The position numbers and the translations under genes are program-made. DNA of 64,000 nt from contig JYNY01000203.1 in NCBI GenBank assembly GCA_000954095.1, positions 17 through 64,016 on the forward strand, written 5' to 3'. This document shows, piece by piece, positions 8,991 through 17,071 of the stretch. Source of the DNA: Candidatus Omnitrophus magneticus (GTDB lineage Bacteria; Omnitrophota; Gorgyraeia; Tantalellales; Tantalellaceae). Position 1 is the stretch's first letter. Every line of letters begins with the position of its first letter. The notes below the pieces were generated by a model. The model saw nothing but the letters and a program-made list of their open reading frames with translations, was not told the origin of the DNA and did not search any database.

Positions 8991-9883
8991 TTCGCACCTT
9001 TTATGAATATATAACTTAAAAAAGTATACACTAATTTAGCCGCTGTGAAAATATCAGACTTACTTCCGGCCGGCGGGCAAAGTTCAACAACATCAAATCC
9101 TACGATATTTCGGTTTTTACTTACAGCTTTTAAAAGATTAATAACTTCATACCACAAAAGTCCGCCCGGTTCAGGTGTTCCGGTAGCTTTCATTATCGAA
9201 GGATCGAACACATCGAGGTCAATAGTAACATAAACATTTTTTTTTAATTTTTTTATGATTTTTTTTTCCCAGCCTGTTTTTCCCGCGATATCTTTAGCAA
9301 AAAAAATATTATTGTAATCCATATTATTTTTTTCCTCAGAAGAAGCGCTACGAATACCGGCCTGAACAATTGGCGCTACTTCTTTAGCGCGGGCCATTAC
9401 GCAGGCGTGATTATATTTTGAAGATTCATATTCGTCCCTTAAATCAGAATGCGCGTCAAGCTGAAGTATAGATAAATCCTTAAATCTCGAGGCATACGCC
9501 TTTATCGCGCCGATGCTGACAGAATGTTCTCCGCCTAGAAGAACAGTGAATTTGTTTTCATCTATGAAATTCAGGATTTTTTTTTCTACTATTTTGGATA
9601 ATAGTTCAGGTGAGCCGTTAAATTTTATCGGAGGGGCGGTATAAATACCGTTTAAATAAACCTCGGAATCAGTATCAATATCATAAAATTCTAATGCGGG
9701 GCTGGCTTCTAATAGCGCGATAGGCCCTTTTCCAGCTCCTTTAATCCAAGTGCTGGTTTTGTCATAACAAACAGGGAGCAGGACTATTTTAGAATTTGTT
9801 TTTAGTGTGAATTTTTTGTCAAAGTCGCCAAAACTTTTAACATTTTTCATAAAAGCTCTTTTGCGATCGGCGGATGATCTCAC
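8987..9883 (-). CDS. speB: Agmatinase / arginase-family ureohydrolase
   Basis: Mn-binding motifs GGEHSVS, DAHSDL and DLDVFDPS. 4-nt overlap with leuS. The track start is GTG at 9883; ATG at 9850 (MKNVKSF) is an alternative. Confidence 0.88.
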   Translation of the reverse strand: MRSSADRKRAFMKNVKSFGDFDKKFTLKTNSKIVLLPVCYDKTSTWIKGAGKGPIALLEASPALEFYDIDTDSEVYLNGIYTAPPIKFNGSPELLSKIVEKKILNFIDENKFTVLLGGEHSVSIGAIKAYASRFKDLSILQLDAHSDLRDEYESSKYNHACVMARAKEVAPIVQAGIRSASSEEKNNMDYNNIFFAKDIAGKTGWEKKIIKKLKKNVYVTIDLDVFDPSIMKATGTPEPGGLLWYEVINLLKAVSKNRNIVGFDVVELCPPAGSKSDIFTAAKLVYTFLSYIFIKGAK

Positions 9884-10024
9884 GCTCGCGTTATTTTTTA
9901 ACGATATTAGTGTGATATTTTTTGGAATCTCCGCCTACACAGTACATTTTATATAGCAGATAATTAGAATGAAGATGTGTTGAGAGTTAGATTGGTGAAA
10001 TTACTTTCGCGGATGAATAAGGAT

Positions 10025-10444
10025 TTATCTATTGAATTCCGCCATTTCAGGAATGTGGTATCTTGTAAAATCCTTTCCTCTATGGACTATATATTTTTCA
10101 TGTTTTTTGCATTCAAACGCGTTTATTATGTATTCCGCGGCGAATTCCACATCAAAATCTTTACATGAAAAAACATCCACAAAACAATAATCTTTTTCCT
10201 GAAAGGTATGAATGGAAATATGACTTTCCGCTATAATGACTGTTCCTGTAATCCCTTTATCTTCAGGCACAAGCCCGCTATAAGGGAAAACATAAGGCTG
10301 AGTTATTTTTGTCATCCCTATTTTTTCAGGTAAATCGTTAAGGACGTTAAAAATAAATTCATAATCCTTTAGTTTATCAGGATTACAATTAGTAAGATCC
10401 ATCATAAGATGGGGACCAAATGATTCTTTTTTTATTTCGAACAT
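10025..10444 (-). CDS. speH: S-adenosylmethionine decarboxylase proenzyme (small pyruvoyl type)
   Basis: 139 aa. AESHISIHTFQE contains the E-S self-cleavage site typical of class 1 AdoMetDC. Lies next to speB. Confidence 0.88.
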   Translation of the reverse strand: MFEIKKESFGPHLMMDLTNCNPDKLKDYEFIFNVLNDLPEKIGMTKITQPYVFPYSGLVPEDKGITGTVIIAESHISIHTFQEKDYCFVDVFSCKDFDVEFAAEYIINAFECKKHEKYIVHRGKDFTRYHIPEMAEFNR

Positions 10445-10543
10445 TTTTCGGCTCCATTTTTAAAAAAAACAAAGTCAAAAAACTGACTCTTCTGTTTAAC
10501 ACTTGTGTGTGTCCACCGCCGGGCACACAACAGATTGCGCTAA

Positions 10544-10572
10544 AGTATAAGTTATAGAAAAAGCAATGTCAA
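10544..10572 (-). promoter_or_regulatory. Sigma70-like promoter for speH-speB-leuS (TTGACA-17-TATACT)
   Basis: On the minus strand: TTGACA (10572-10567), a 17-nt spacer, then TATACT (10549-10544), about 100 nt upstream of the speH ATG. Confidence 0.5.
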
Positions 10573-10625
10573 TAAAAAATTTTTAAAATTTTTATGGGTT
10601 TCAATTTTTTTTATTTTTTTTTAAA

Positions 10626-10701
10626 TGGTGGAGCTGAGGGGGCTCGAACCCCTGACCTCATGCATGCCATGCACGCGCTCTTCCAGCTGAGCTACAGCCC
10701 C
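10626..10701 (-). tRNA. tRNA-Ala (anticodon GGC)
   Basis: Reverse complement is GGGGCTGTAGCTCAGCTGGAAGAGCGCGTGCATGGCATGCATGAGGTCAGGGGTTCGAGCCCCCTCAGCTCCACCA. Cloverleaf folds by hand. G3:U70 Ala identity pair present, anticodon loop aTGGCAt, encoded CCA. Confidence 0.93.
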
Positions 10702-11084
10702 AAAAATAATTTTTTTATGATTAAAAAACTAAAAAAAATTTGACAAATGTCCGTTAAATATAACATTCGAATTTTTGCGTGTCAATAATTTATTATGTGA
10801 ATTTTTTGAAAATTTTTTGTTTTTTTTGATATTTTTGGTAGACCGATATCATGGCGTCCACTAAGCCCTATTTTTCAATGAGGTAACACGAGGAATTGAT
10901 TATTTAGTTTGAGAAGATTTAATATAAATTGTATAATCGTGTCTTTTATAAATCCGAAAATGATTTTTGTTCATGGCAAATTTTGGAATGGCAGAATGGG
11001 GTTTTCTAAATTATACAGAAAAAGGTTATTGATAGTCGTTTAGTAATTACAATTGTTTTTGAGGATTCATAGAGGATTATTAGT

Positions 11085-12071
11085 ATGAGCAAAAAGAAAA
11101 AAGCTTTAATTACGGGAATTACAGGGCAGGATGGAAGCTATTTAGCCGAATATCTTTTGGAATTGGGATATGAAGTCCATGGGATAATAAGGCGGGTTGC
11201 GCTGGAAGATCAGGCGCATAGGATGTGGCGGATACGCGATGTTCAGGATAAACTTATTCTGCATTGCGGAGCGCTTGAAAGTTATCCTAGTATTTTTAAT
11301 ATTATATGTGAGATAAAGCCTGACGAATGTTATCATTTAGCAGCTCAGAGTTTCGTCACGTATTCATTTGAAGATGAGTTTTCTACTTTTAATATCAATA
11401 TAAATGGCACACATTATCTTTTAGCCGCGATTAAAAACCTTTGTCCGGAATGCAGATTTTATTTTGCCGCTTCAAGTGAAATGTTCGGCAGGGCCGAAGA
11501 GGTCCCTCAAAGAGAAATTACTAGGTTTCATCCACGCTCTCCTTATGGTATTTCTAAAGTCGCTGGATTTGACCTTACAAGAAATTATCGGGAAGCGTAT
11601 AATAGTTTCGCGGTAAGCGGAATACTTTTTAATCATGAATCTCCCAGAAGAGGGTTTGAATTTGTTACTAGAAAAATTACTTCCAGCGCCGCTAAGATTA
11701 AACTTGGTTTAGCGGATAAATTATTTCTTGGTAATCTTGACGCAAAACGCGACTGGGGGCATTCGCGGGAATATGTGAAGATTATGAGGACTATGCTTAA
11801 CACAAGTTCTCCTGAGGATTATGTTATTGGCACGGGCGAGACACATTCTGTTAGAGAATTTGTTGAGCTTGCCTTTAGCGAAATGGATCTTGATTATCGT
11901 AAATATGTGGAGATTGATTCAAAGCTTTTTAGGCCCGCGGAGGTTGATCTTTTGGTCGCGGACACTACAAAAGCTAAAAAAGAATTAGGATGGGATTACA
12001 AAGTAACTTTTCAAGAGCTGGTTATAGAAATGGTAAAAAGTGATTATGATTTTTTTAAGAAACATAATTAA
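11085..12071 (+). CDS. gmd: GDP-mannose 4,6-dehydratase
   Basis: ALITGITGQDGSYLAEYLLELGYEVHGIIRR N-terminus, YGISK catalytic motif and NHESPRRG motif, all typical of Gmd. Confidence 0.93.
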   Translation: MSKKKKALITGITGQDGSYLAEYLLELGYEVHGIIRRVALEDQAHRMWRIRDVQDKLILHCGALESYPSIFNIICEIKPDECYHLAAQSFVTYSFEDEFSTFNININGTHYLLAAIKNLCPECRFYFAASSEMFGRAEEVPQREITRFHPRSPYGISKVAGFDLTRNYREAYNSFAVSGILFNHESPRRGFEFVTRKITSSAAKIKLGLADKLFLGNLDAKRDWGHSREYVKIMRTMLNTSSPEDYVIGTGETHSVREFVELAFSEMDLDYRKYVEIDSKLFRPAEVDLLVADTTKAKKELGWDYKVTFQELVIEMVKSDYDFFKKHN

Positions 12072-12090
12072 TTTTAGGGGGGCAAAACAT

Positions 12091-13224
12091 ATGCGGATAC
12101 CGCTTTTAAATCTTAAGGCTCAGTATGAATCAATAAAACAAGAAATTGATGAGAGCATTGCTAGGGTTGTATCAAGCCAGAATTTTATACTTTCGGAAGA
12201 AGTCAGTCATTTTGAAAAAGAAGTGGCGCATTATGTGTGTGCTCCATATGGTGTGGGCGTTGCTTCGGGGACAGACGCGATTATACTCGCGTTACGTGCT
12301 TTAGAAATAGGTGAAGGAGATATCGTAATAACGACTCCTTTTACTTTTTTTGCTACAAGTGAATCTGTTTCAATACTTGGCGCAACGCCGGTGTTTGTTG
12401 ATATAGAGCCGTATACCTACAATATTGACGCGGAGAAAATAGAAAAAGTTATAAAAAAAATGTCTAAAAGTCAAAGGTCAAAATTAAAGGCTATTATTCC
12501 TGTGCATTTATATGGGCAGTGCGCGGATATGGACCCAATTATGGCATTAGCTAAAAAATATAATTTAAAAGTTGTGGAAGATTGCGCGCAAGCGATAGGC
12601 GCTAAATATAAAGGCGTTAACGCCGGAACATTTGGAGACGCGGGATGTTTTAGCTTTTTCCCAAGTAAAAATTTAGGCGGATTCGGCGATGGCGGCATGA
12701 TAGTTTCAAGTAATCCGGAATTGATTGAAAAGGTTAAAAGATTAAGGGTGCACGGCAGTATCAAGCAGTATATACATCAGGATATAGGCTATAATTCAAG
12801 GCTTGATAGTTTGCAGGCCGCGATTTTAAGGGTTAAATTGAAAAAATTAGACGCGTGGTTAGAGAGAAGACGCGCTATAGCTAATGAGTATAATAGAGCT
12901 TTTCTTGATTCTGATATATGTATTCCAAGAGCCGCGGAATATAATGTTCATACGTATCACCAATATACTATCGCTGTGGAGAATAGAGATAAAATGATGG
13001 ATTCTTTAAACGCGGCGGGGATTGCCGCGAGAGTGTACTATCCTGTGCCGTTACATTTACAGCCTTGTTATAGCAGTTTGGGTTATCGTGAGGGTGATTT
13101 TCCTGTTGCGGAGAAGGCGTCGAAAGAAGTCCTTTCTTTGCCGGTTTATTCTGAACTTACAGCGGAAGATATAGCATTTGTTATAGATGGGGTAAAAAAT
13201 ATTTTTAAGAAAAATCTTTGTTGA
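12091..13224 (+). CDS. DegT/DnrJ/EryC1-family PLP sugar aminotransferase (candidate GDP-perosamine synthase type)
   Basis: Start moved to ATG 12091, which has a GGGGGG RBS; the track start at 12040 overlaps gmd. Family motifs are present, including FSFFPSKNLG (PLP lysine). Adjacency to gmd suggests a GDP-4-keto-6-deoxymannose substrate. Confidence 0.85.
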   Translation: MRIPLLNLKAQYESIKQEIDESIARVVSSQNFILSEEVSHFEKEVAHYVCAPYGVGVASGTDAIILALRALEIGEGDIVITTPFTFFATSESVSILGATPVFVDIEPYTYNIDAEKIEKVIKKMSKSQRSKLKAIIPVHLYGQCADMDPIMALAKKYNLKVVEDCAQAIGAKYKGVNAGTFGDAGCFSFFPSKNLGGFGDGGMIVSSNPELIEKVKRLRVHGSIKQYIHQDIGYNSRLDSLQAAILRVKLKKLDAWLERRRAIANEYNRAFLDSDICIPRAAEYNVHTYHQYTIAVENRDKMMDSLNAAGIAARVYYPVPLHLQPCYSSLGYREGDFPVAEKASKEVLSLPVYSELTAEDIAFVIDGVKNIFKKNLC

Positions 13225-13272
13225 GTAATAGATAGCCGTTATTAGCTATTAGCGTTATTTAAAATTTTTATT

Positions 13273-13989
13273 ATGAATGAACTTATTATTTCTATTGTAA
13301 TACCAGCGTTTAATGAAGAAAAACGTATAGGTGCCACACTTTGTCGAATTCATGATTTTTTTAAATCCAAAAATTATGGATATGAAGTCATTGTGGTATC
13401 AGACGGAAGTAGCGATGGAACTATAGATGTAGCTAATAGAAGTTTAATAGCGCGTGATAGAAAAATAAGAATTTTAACAAACGTTCTTACTAGAGGCAAA
13501 GGGTATTCTGTAAAAAAAGGTATAAGAATCGCGAAAGGGAAATACGTACTTTTTACAGATGCGGATTTATCCACTCCCATAGAAGAAATAGAAAAATTTT
13601 TCGTAGCGATTTCCGAGGGTTATGATATTATCATCGGCTCCCGTGCTATAGAAGAAGCCATTGTGAATGTCCGGCAACCTTGGTATCGGCAATGTATGGG
13701 GAAATTATTTAATCTTTTTGTGCGTGTTATTCTTGGAATAAAATATTTAGACACACAGTGCGGGTTTAAATTATTTACAAACGCGTCGGCAAAAGATTTA
13801 GCGCGGGCATTAAAGATATATGGATTTTCTTTTGACGCCGAGATGCTTTACATCGCGAAGAAACGAGGGTATCGCGTTAAGGAAATCGGGGTTCTTTGGA
13901 ATAATTCTCCGGAGAGCAAAGTCAGTATTGTTAGAAGCCCTTTTTCTATGTTTGTTGACCTTTTCAGAATTAAATGGATACATAGATAA
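13273..13989 (+). CDS. GT2 glycosyltransferase, polyprenyl/dolichyl-phosphate hexosyltransferase-like
   Basis: SIVIPAFNEE, VVSDGSSDGT and TDADLSTP (DxD) motifs. Soluble short form resembling the ALG5/DPG synthase type. Confidence 0.8.
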   Translation: MNELIISIVIPAFNEEKRIGATLCRIHDFFKSKNYGYEVIVVSDGSSDGTIDVANRSLIARDRKIRILTNVLTRGKGYSVKKGIRIAKGKYVLFTDADLSTPIEEIEKFFVAISEGYDIIIGSRAIEEAIVNVRQPWYRQCMGKLFNLFVRVILGIKYLDTQCGFKLFTNASAKDLARALKIYGFSFDAEMLYIAKKRGYRVKEIGVLWNNSPESKVSIVRSPFSMFVDLFRIKWIHR

Positions 13990-15743
13990 TGCCTAGACAT
14001 TCTTCTCGATCCTTGCTTTTTTGTATAATTTTTATCGGATTTATTTTGCGAGTGACAGGTATTCATTTCGGCCTGCCGTTTCAATTTCATCAAGATGAAC
14101 CTATAGTTGTAAATCACGCGCTAGGGTTTGGTAGCGGTGATTTTAATCCTCATTTTTTTGCTATTCCTCCGTTTGTTTCTTATGTTTTATTTTTTATATA
14201 TGCAGGGTTGTTTATTGCCGGGAAATTTTTTGGGATATGGCGCGGCGCGGAAGATTTTATATGTTTTTATTTTAAAGACCCATCAATTTTTTATTTAATC
14301 GGCAGATTTTTTATCGGAGTTTTACCGGGAACTTTATCAGTAGCGTGGACATATCGCCTAGCAAGAAGATTTTTGTCGCGAAGTGTCAGCATATACTCCG
14401 CGGCAATTATGTCTGTGAGCTTTTTGAATGTTATTAACGCGCATTATATTTACACAGATATGTTTCTTGTTTTATTTGCCGTAATCGCGTATGAATCTTT
14501 TTTTAGGATATATAAAAAACCTTTTTTAAAAAATTATGTTATATCCGGAGTTCTTGTCGGATTCGCGGCTAGTGTGAAATATAACGGAATAATGCTCGTT
14601 TTCCCGTATTTGTTAACACATATATTTACAGAGATTAAAAACAAAACAGTTCCTAAGAAAATATTTTTTTCCCGGTTTTTATGGAGCGGAATATTTTCGG
14701 CTTTCGCGGTAATTATTTTTACAAATCCATTTTCAGTAATAACGCCGGCGGAATTTAAAGATTCTTTTTTAAAACAGGCGCAAGCGTTTTGGTATATGGG
14801 TTTTACCCACCACATTTCTTATTCTTTGTATGAAGGCATTTCGCATACCATAACAGCTTTCGGGATTATTGGATTAATTTTGATGGTTATTAAAGATAAA
14901 TTTAGAGGGATGATTTTTTGTATTTTTCCTATTGTTTTTTATATGATTTTAGTGTTTTCCAGTCAGCCGTTTCCTCGATATGTTTTATTGCTTGTCCCAT
15001 TTTTATCTATTGGCGGCGCATATTTTTTATTTAGCATTTTCAAAATAAATGAAAAACTCGGCTCGAATAAAATTACTCGTATTTTAAATATTGTTATAGC
15101 TATTCTTTTTTTAGTGCCCACGGTTTCAAAATCAATAAAAGCGGATATATTGTTTTGCGGGGTTGATACGCGCGTGGAGTCAGCTGAATGGATTAAAAAT
15201 AATTTAGAGCCCGGAAGTAAAATAGCGTTTGACAGCACTTTTTTTCGTCCGGCGCTTAAACAGCCGTATCAGCAAATTGAAAGGAAAAAAGAATTTTTAA
15301 AAAACCAGCCGGGCATGAAAAATTTAAAGAGACGAAAACTAGAGTTAATGATTAAAGCGGCAAAGGAAGAGAATAGAAAATATCCTTTTTATTTTTTGTT
15401 TGATACGCCGGAGGGACAGGGGCAGTTTCTTGAGACATTGCCAGCGCTCCCCTTGGATGTTAACGTTCTAAAAAAAGAAGGAATAGAATATATTGTTATA
15501 AATACGGCGTCTTTTACTCCGGGAAAAGAAAAATTTTTGGAGGATATCGATGAGCGAGAAGAAGCAATCAAAGAATTTAGCCCATATCTAGACAGGGTAT
15601 ATAGAAGAGTGTTTGACGAGGTCGAGCTCACCTGTCTTCCTGTGAATGACCTTGATGTTTATAATCGTGTAGAGATGGGCCCACCGTTACGAATATATAA
15701 AATCATTTCAAAAAAAATAAACTCAGAAAATAACGAGGAATAA
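13989..15743 (+). CDS. GT-C fold membrane glycosyltransferase (GT39/GT83, ArnT/PMT-like)
   Basis: 584 aa with more than 10 TM segments, an early periplasmic-loop acidic motif HQDEP, and a soluble C-terminal domain. Its start overlaps the stop of the upstream GT2. Confidence 0.75.
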   Translation: MPRHSSRSLLFCIIFIGFILRVTGIHFGLPFQFHQDEPIVVNHALGFGSGDFNPHFFAIPPFVSYVLFFIYAGLFIAGKFFGIWRGAEDFICFYFKDPSIFYLIGRFFIGVLPGTLSVAWTYRLARRFLSRSVSIYSAAIMSVSFLNVINAHYIYTDMFLVLFAVIAYESFFRIYKKPFLKNYVISGVLVGFAASVKYNGIMLVFPYLLTHIFTEIKNKTVPKKIFFSRFLWSGIFSAFAVIIFTNPFSVITPAEFKDSFLKQAQAFWYMGFTHHISYSLYEGISHTITAFGIIGLILMVIKDKFRGMIFCIFPIVFYMILVFSSQPFPRYVLLLVPFLSIGGAYFLFSIFKINEKLGSNKITRILNIVIAILFLVPTVSKSIKADILFCGVDTRVESAEWIKNNLEPGSKIAFDSTFFRPALKQPYQQIERKKEFLKNQPGMKNLKRRKLELMIKAAKEENRKYPFYFLFDTPEGQGQFLETLPALPLDVNVLKKEGIEYIVINTASFTPGKEKFLEDIDEREEAIKEFSPYLDRVYRRVFDEVELTCLPVNDLDVYNRVEMGPPLRIYKIISKKINSENNEE

Positions 15744-15755
15744 TGTTTGGCGAGG

Positions 15756-16697
15756 TTATATAATTTCTTTTATGTAATAAGTTTTTTTGTCTTGAGATTC
15801 GTAATATGTGCGGATTTCTATTTCCCCTAAAAAACCTATTGAAATTAATTGTAGGCTCATAAGAAAGCATAAAGCGCTTAGGATTAATAAAGGGTTTCCG
15901 GTCATGTCGTTTTTTAGCATTATTTTCATGTAGATTAGCACTAAGGTTGAAACAATCCCTCCAAAAAAACTCAGGATGCTCAAGCTCCCGAAAAATCTTA
16001 TAGGCTTAGTGCCATAGGTATTTAAGAATGACAAAAAGAGTAAATCAAGAAGAACTTTTCCTGTTCTAGATAGATTGTATTTTGTTTTGCCATGAATTCT
16101 TGGCCGGTGATTAACAATGATTTCAGCAATTTTTGCTCCTCGGGCTACGGCTATGGCAGGAATAAAACGGTGCATTTCTCCGTAAAGCGCGAGGTCTTTT
16201 GTTATTTCTTGTTTATAGGCTTTTAGCGTGCATCCATAGTCGTGTAGGGTCGTTTTTAACATTTTATTTATAAGTTTATTTGCGATTTTAGATGGAATTG
16301 TTCTGACGAATAAATTGTCTTTTCTGTTTTTTCGCCAGCCGGTAACTAAATCATAACCTTCATTTATTTTGTTTAGAAGGATAGGTATATCTTTAGGGTC
16401 ATTTTGTAAATCCCCGTCGAGTGTTATTAAAATTTTTCCGGAGGCATTGTTGAACCCGGCCATAAGCGCGGGAGTTTGCCCAAAGTTGCGTGTAAAATTA
16501 ATAATTTTTAATGTAGTAGATTCTTTCTTTAAAGCTTGTAATTGATTGAGAGTGCCGTCAGTACTGCCATCATTGATAAATAAAATTTCGTATGATTTAT
16601 TTATAATTTTTAGAATGGAGGTTATTTCGTTGTAGAGAATCGGTACATTTGTTTCTTCATTATAAACGGGGACAATTATACTGATTTCTGTGTTCAT
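15756..16697 (-). CDS. GT2 polyprenyl-phosphate glycosyltransferase (ArnC/GtrB/DPM1-like) with two C-terminal TM helices
   Basis: ISIIVPVYNEE, FINDGSTDGT, LDGDLQNDP and GWRKNRKD motifs plus a C-terminal TM pair, as in ArnC/GtrB. Confidence 0.85.
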   Translation of the reverse strand: MNTEISIIVPVYNEETNVPILYNEITSILKIINKSYEILFINDGSTDGTLNQLQALKKESTTLKIINFTRNFGQTPALMAGFNNASGKILITLDGDLQNDPKDIPILLNKINEGYDLVTGWRKNRKDNLFVRTIPSKIANKLINKMLKTTLHDYGCTLKAYKQEITKDLALYGEMHRFIPAIAVARGAKIAEIIVNHRPRIHGKTKYNLSRTGKVLLDLLFLSFLNTYGTKPIRFFGSLSILSFFGGIVSTLVLIYMKIMLKNDMTGNPLLILSALCFLMSLQLISIGFLGEIEIRTYYESQDKKTYYIKEII

Positions 16698-16732
16698 TTT
16701 TTTGGAGTGATTTGGAAATTTTTTGTTGCTCT

Positions 16733-16763
16733 GCCAAAATTTTTGTTCTACAAAAATTTTGGC
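16733..16763 (-). other. Perfect 12-bp AT-rich hairpin immediately 3' of tRNA-Glu
   Basis: gccaaaattttt-gttctac-aaaaattttggc, 2 nt after the tRNA 3' end. Related words flank tRNA-Arg (57524-57541) and occur at 57367-57396. Confidence 0.5.
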
Positions 16764-16765
16764 AT

Positions 16766-16843
16766 TGGTAGCCCCAAGGGGATTCGAACCCCTGTTCCCA
16801 GAATGAGAATCTGACGTCCTAGGCCAGACTAGACGATGGGGCC
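16766..16843 (-). tRNA. tRNA-Glu (anticodon CTC)
   Basis: Reverse complement is GGCCCCATCGTCTAGTCTGGCCTAGGACGTCAGATTCTCATTCTGGGAACAGGGGTTCGAATCCCCTTGGGGCTACCA. Anticodon loop tTCTCAt, T-loop GGTTCGAATCC, encoded CCA. Confidence 0.9.
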
Positions 16844-17071
16844 AAAAATATAACTTATGTTAGCACATTTAAAAGGTTTTGTCAATTTTTAATTTTTTCG
16901 GCAAATTAATACATATAGCAAAAAACAAAATTATAGTTTTAGAAAAAAGATATTTTTTATTATAAGGATTTATCTTTACTATTAGCACAATATTTTATTA
17001 AAATGATTTAAATTGAGTGAAAATCATAATAATATGAAGAAAAAATAGAGATACTTTTTTAACGGGGTGAT

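Noticed and set aside
8991-9000. T-box or other leader directly upstream of leuS.
   Set aside because: The leuS start overlaps the speB stop by 4 nt, so there is no room for a leader. Any regulation must act at the speH promoter or leader.
12040-12090. Upstream extension of the aminotransferase ORF that overlaps gmd.
   Set aside because: The ATG at 12091 has a G-rich RBS and matches the usual family N-terminus (MRIPLLNLKAQY). The extension is an out-of-frame overlap with the gmd 3' end.
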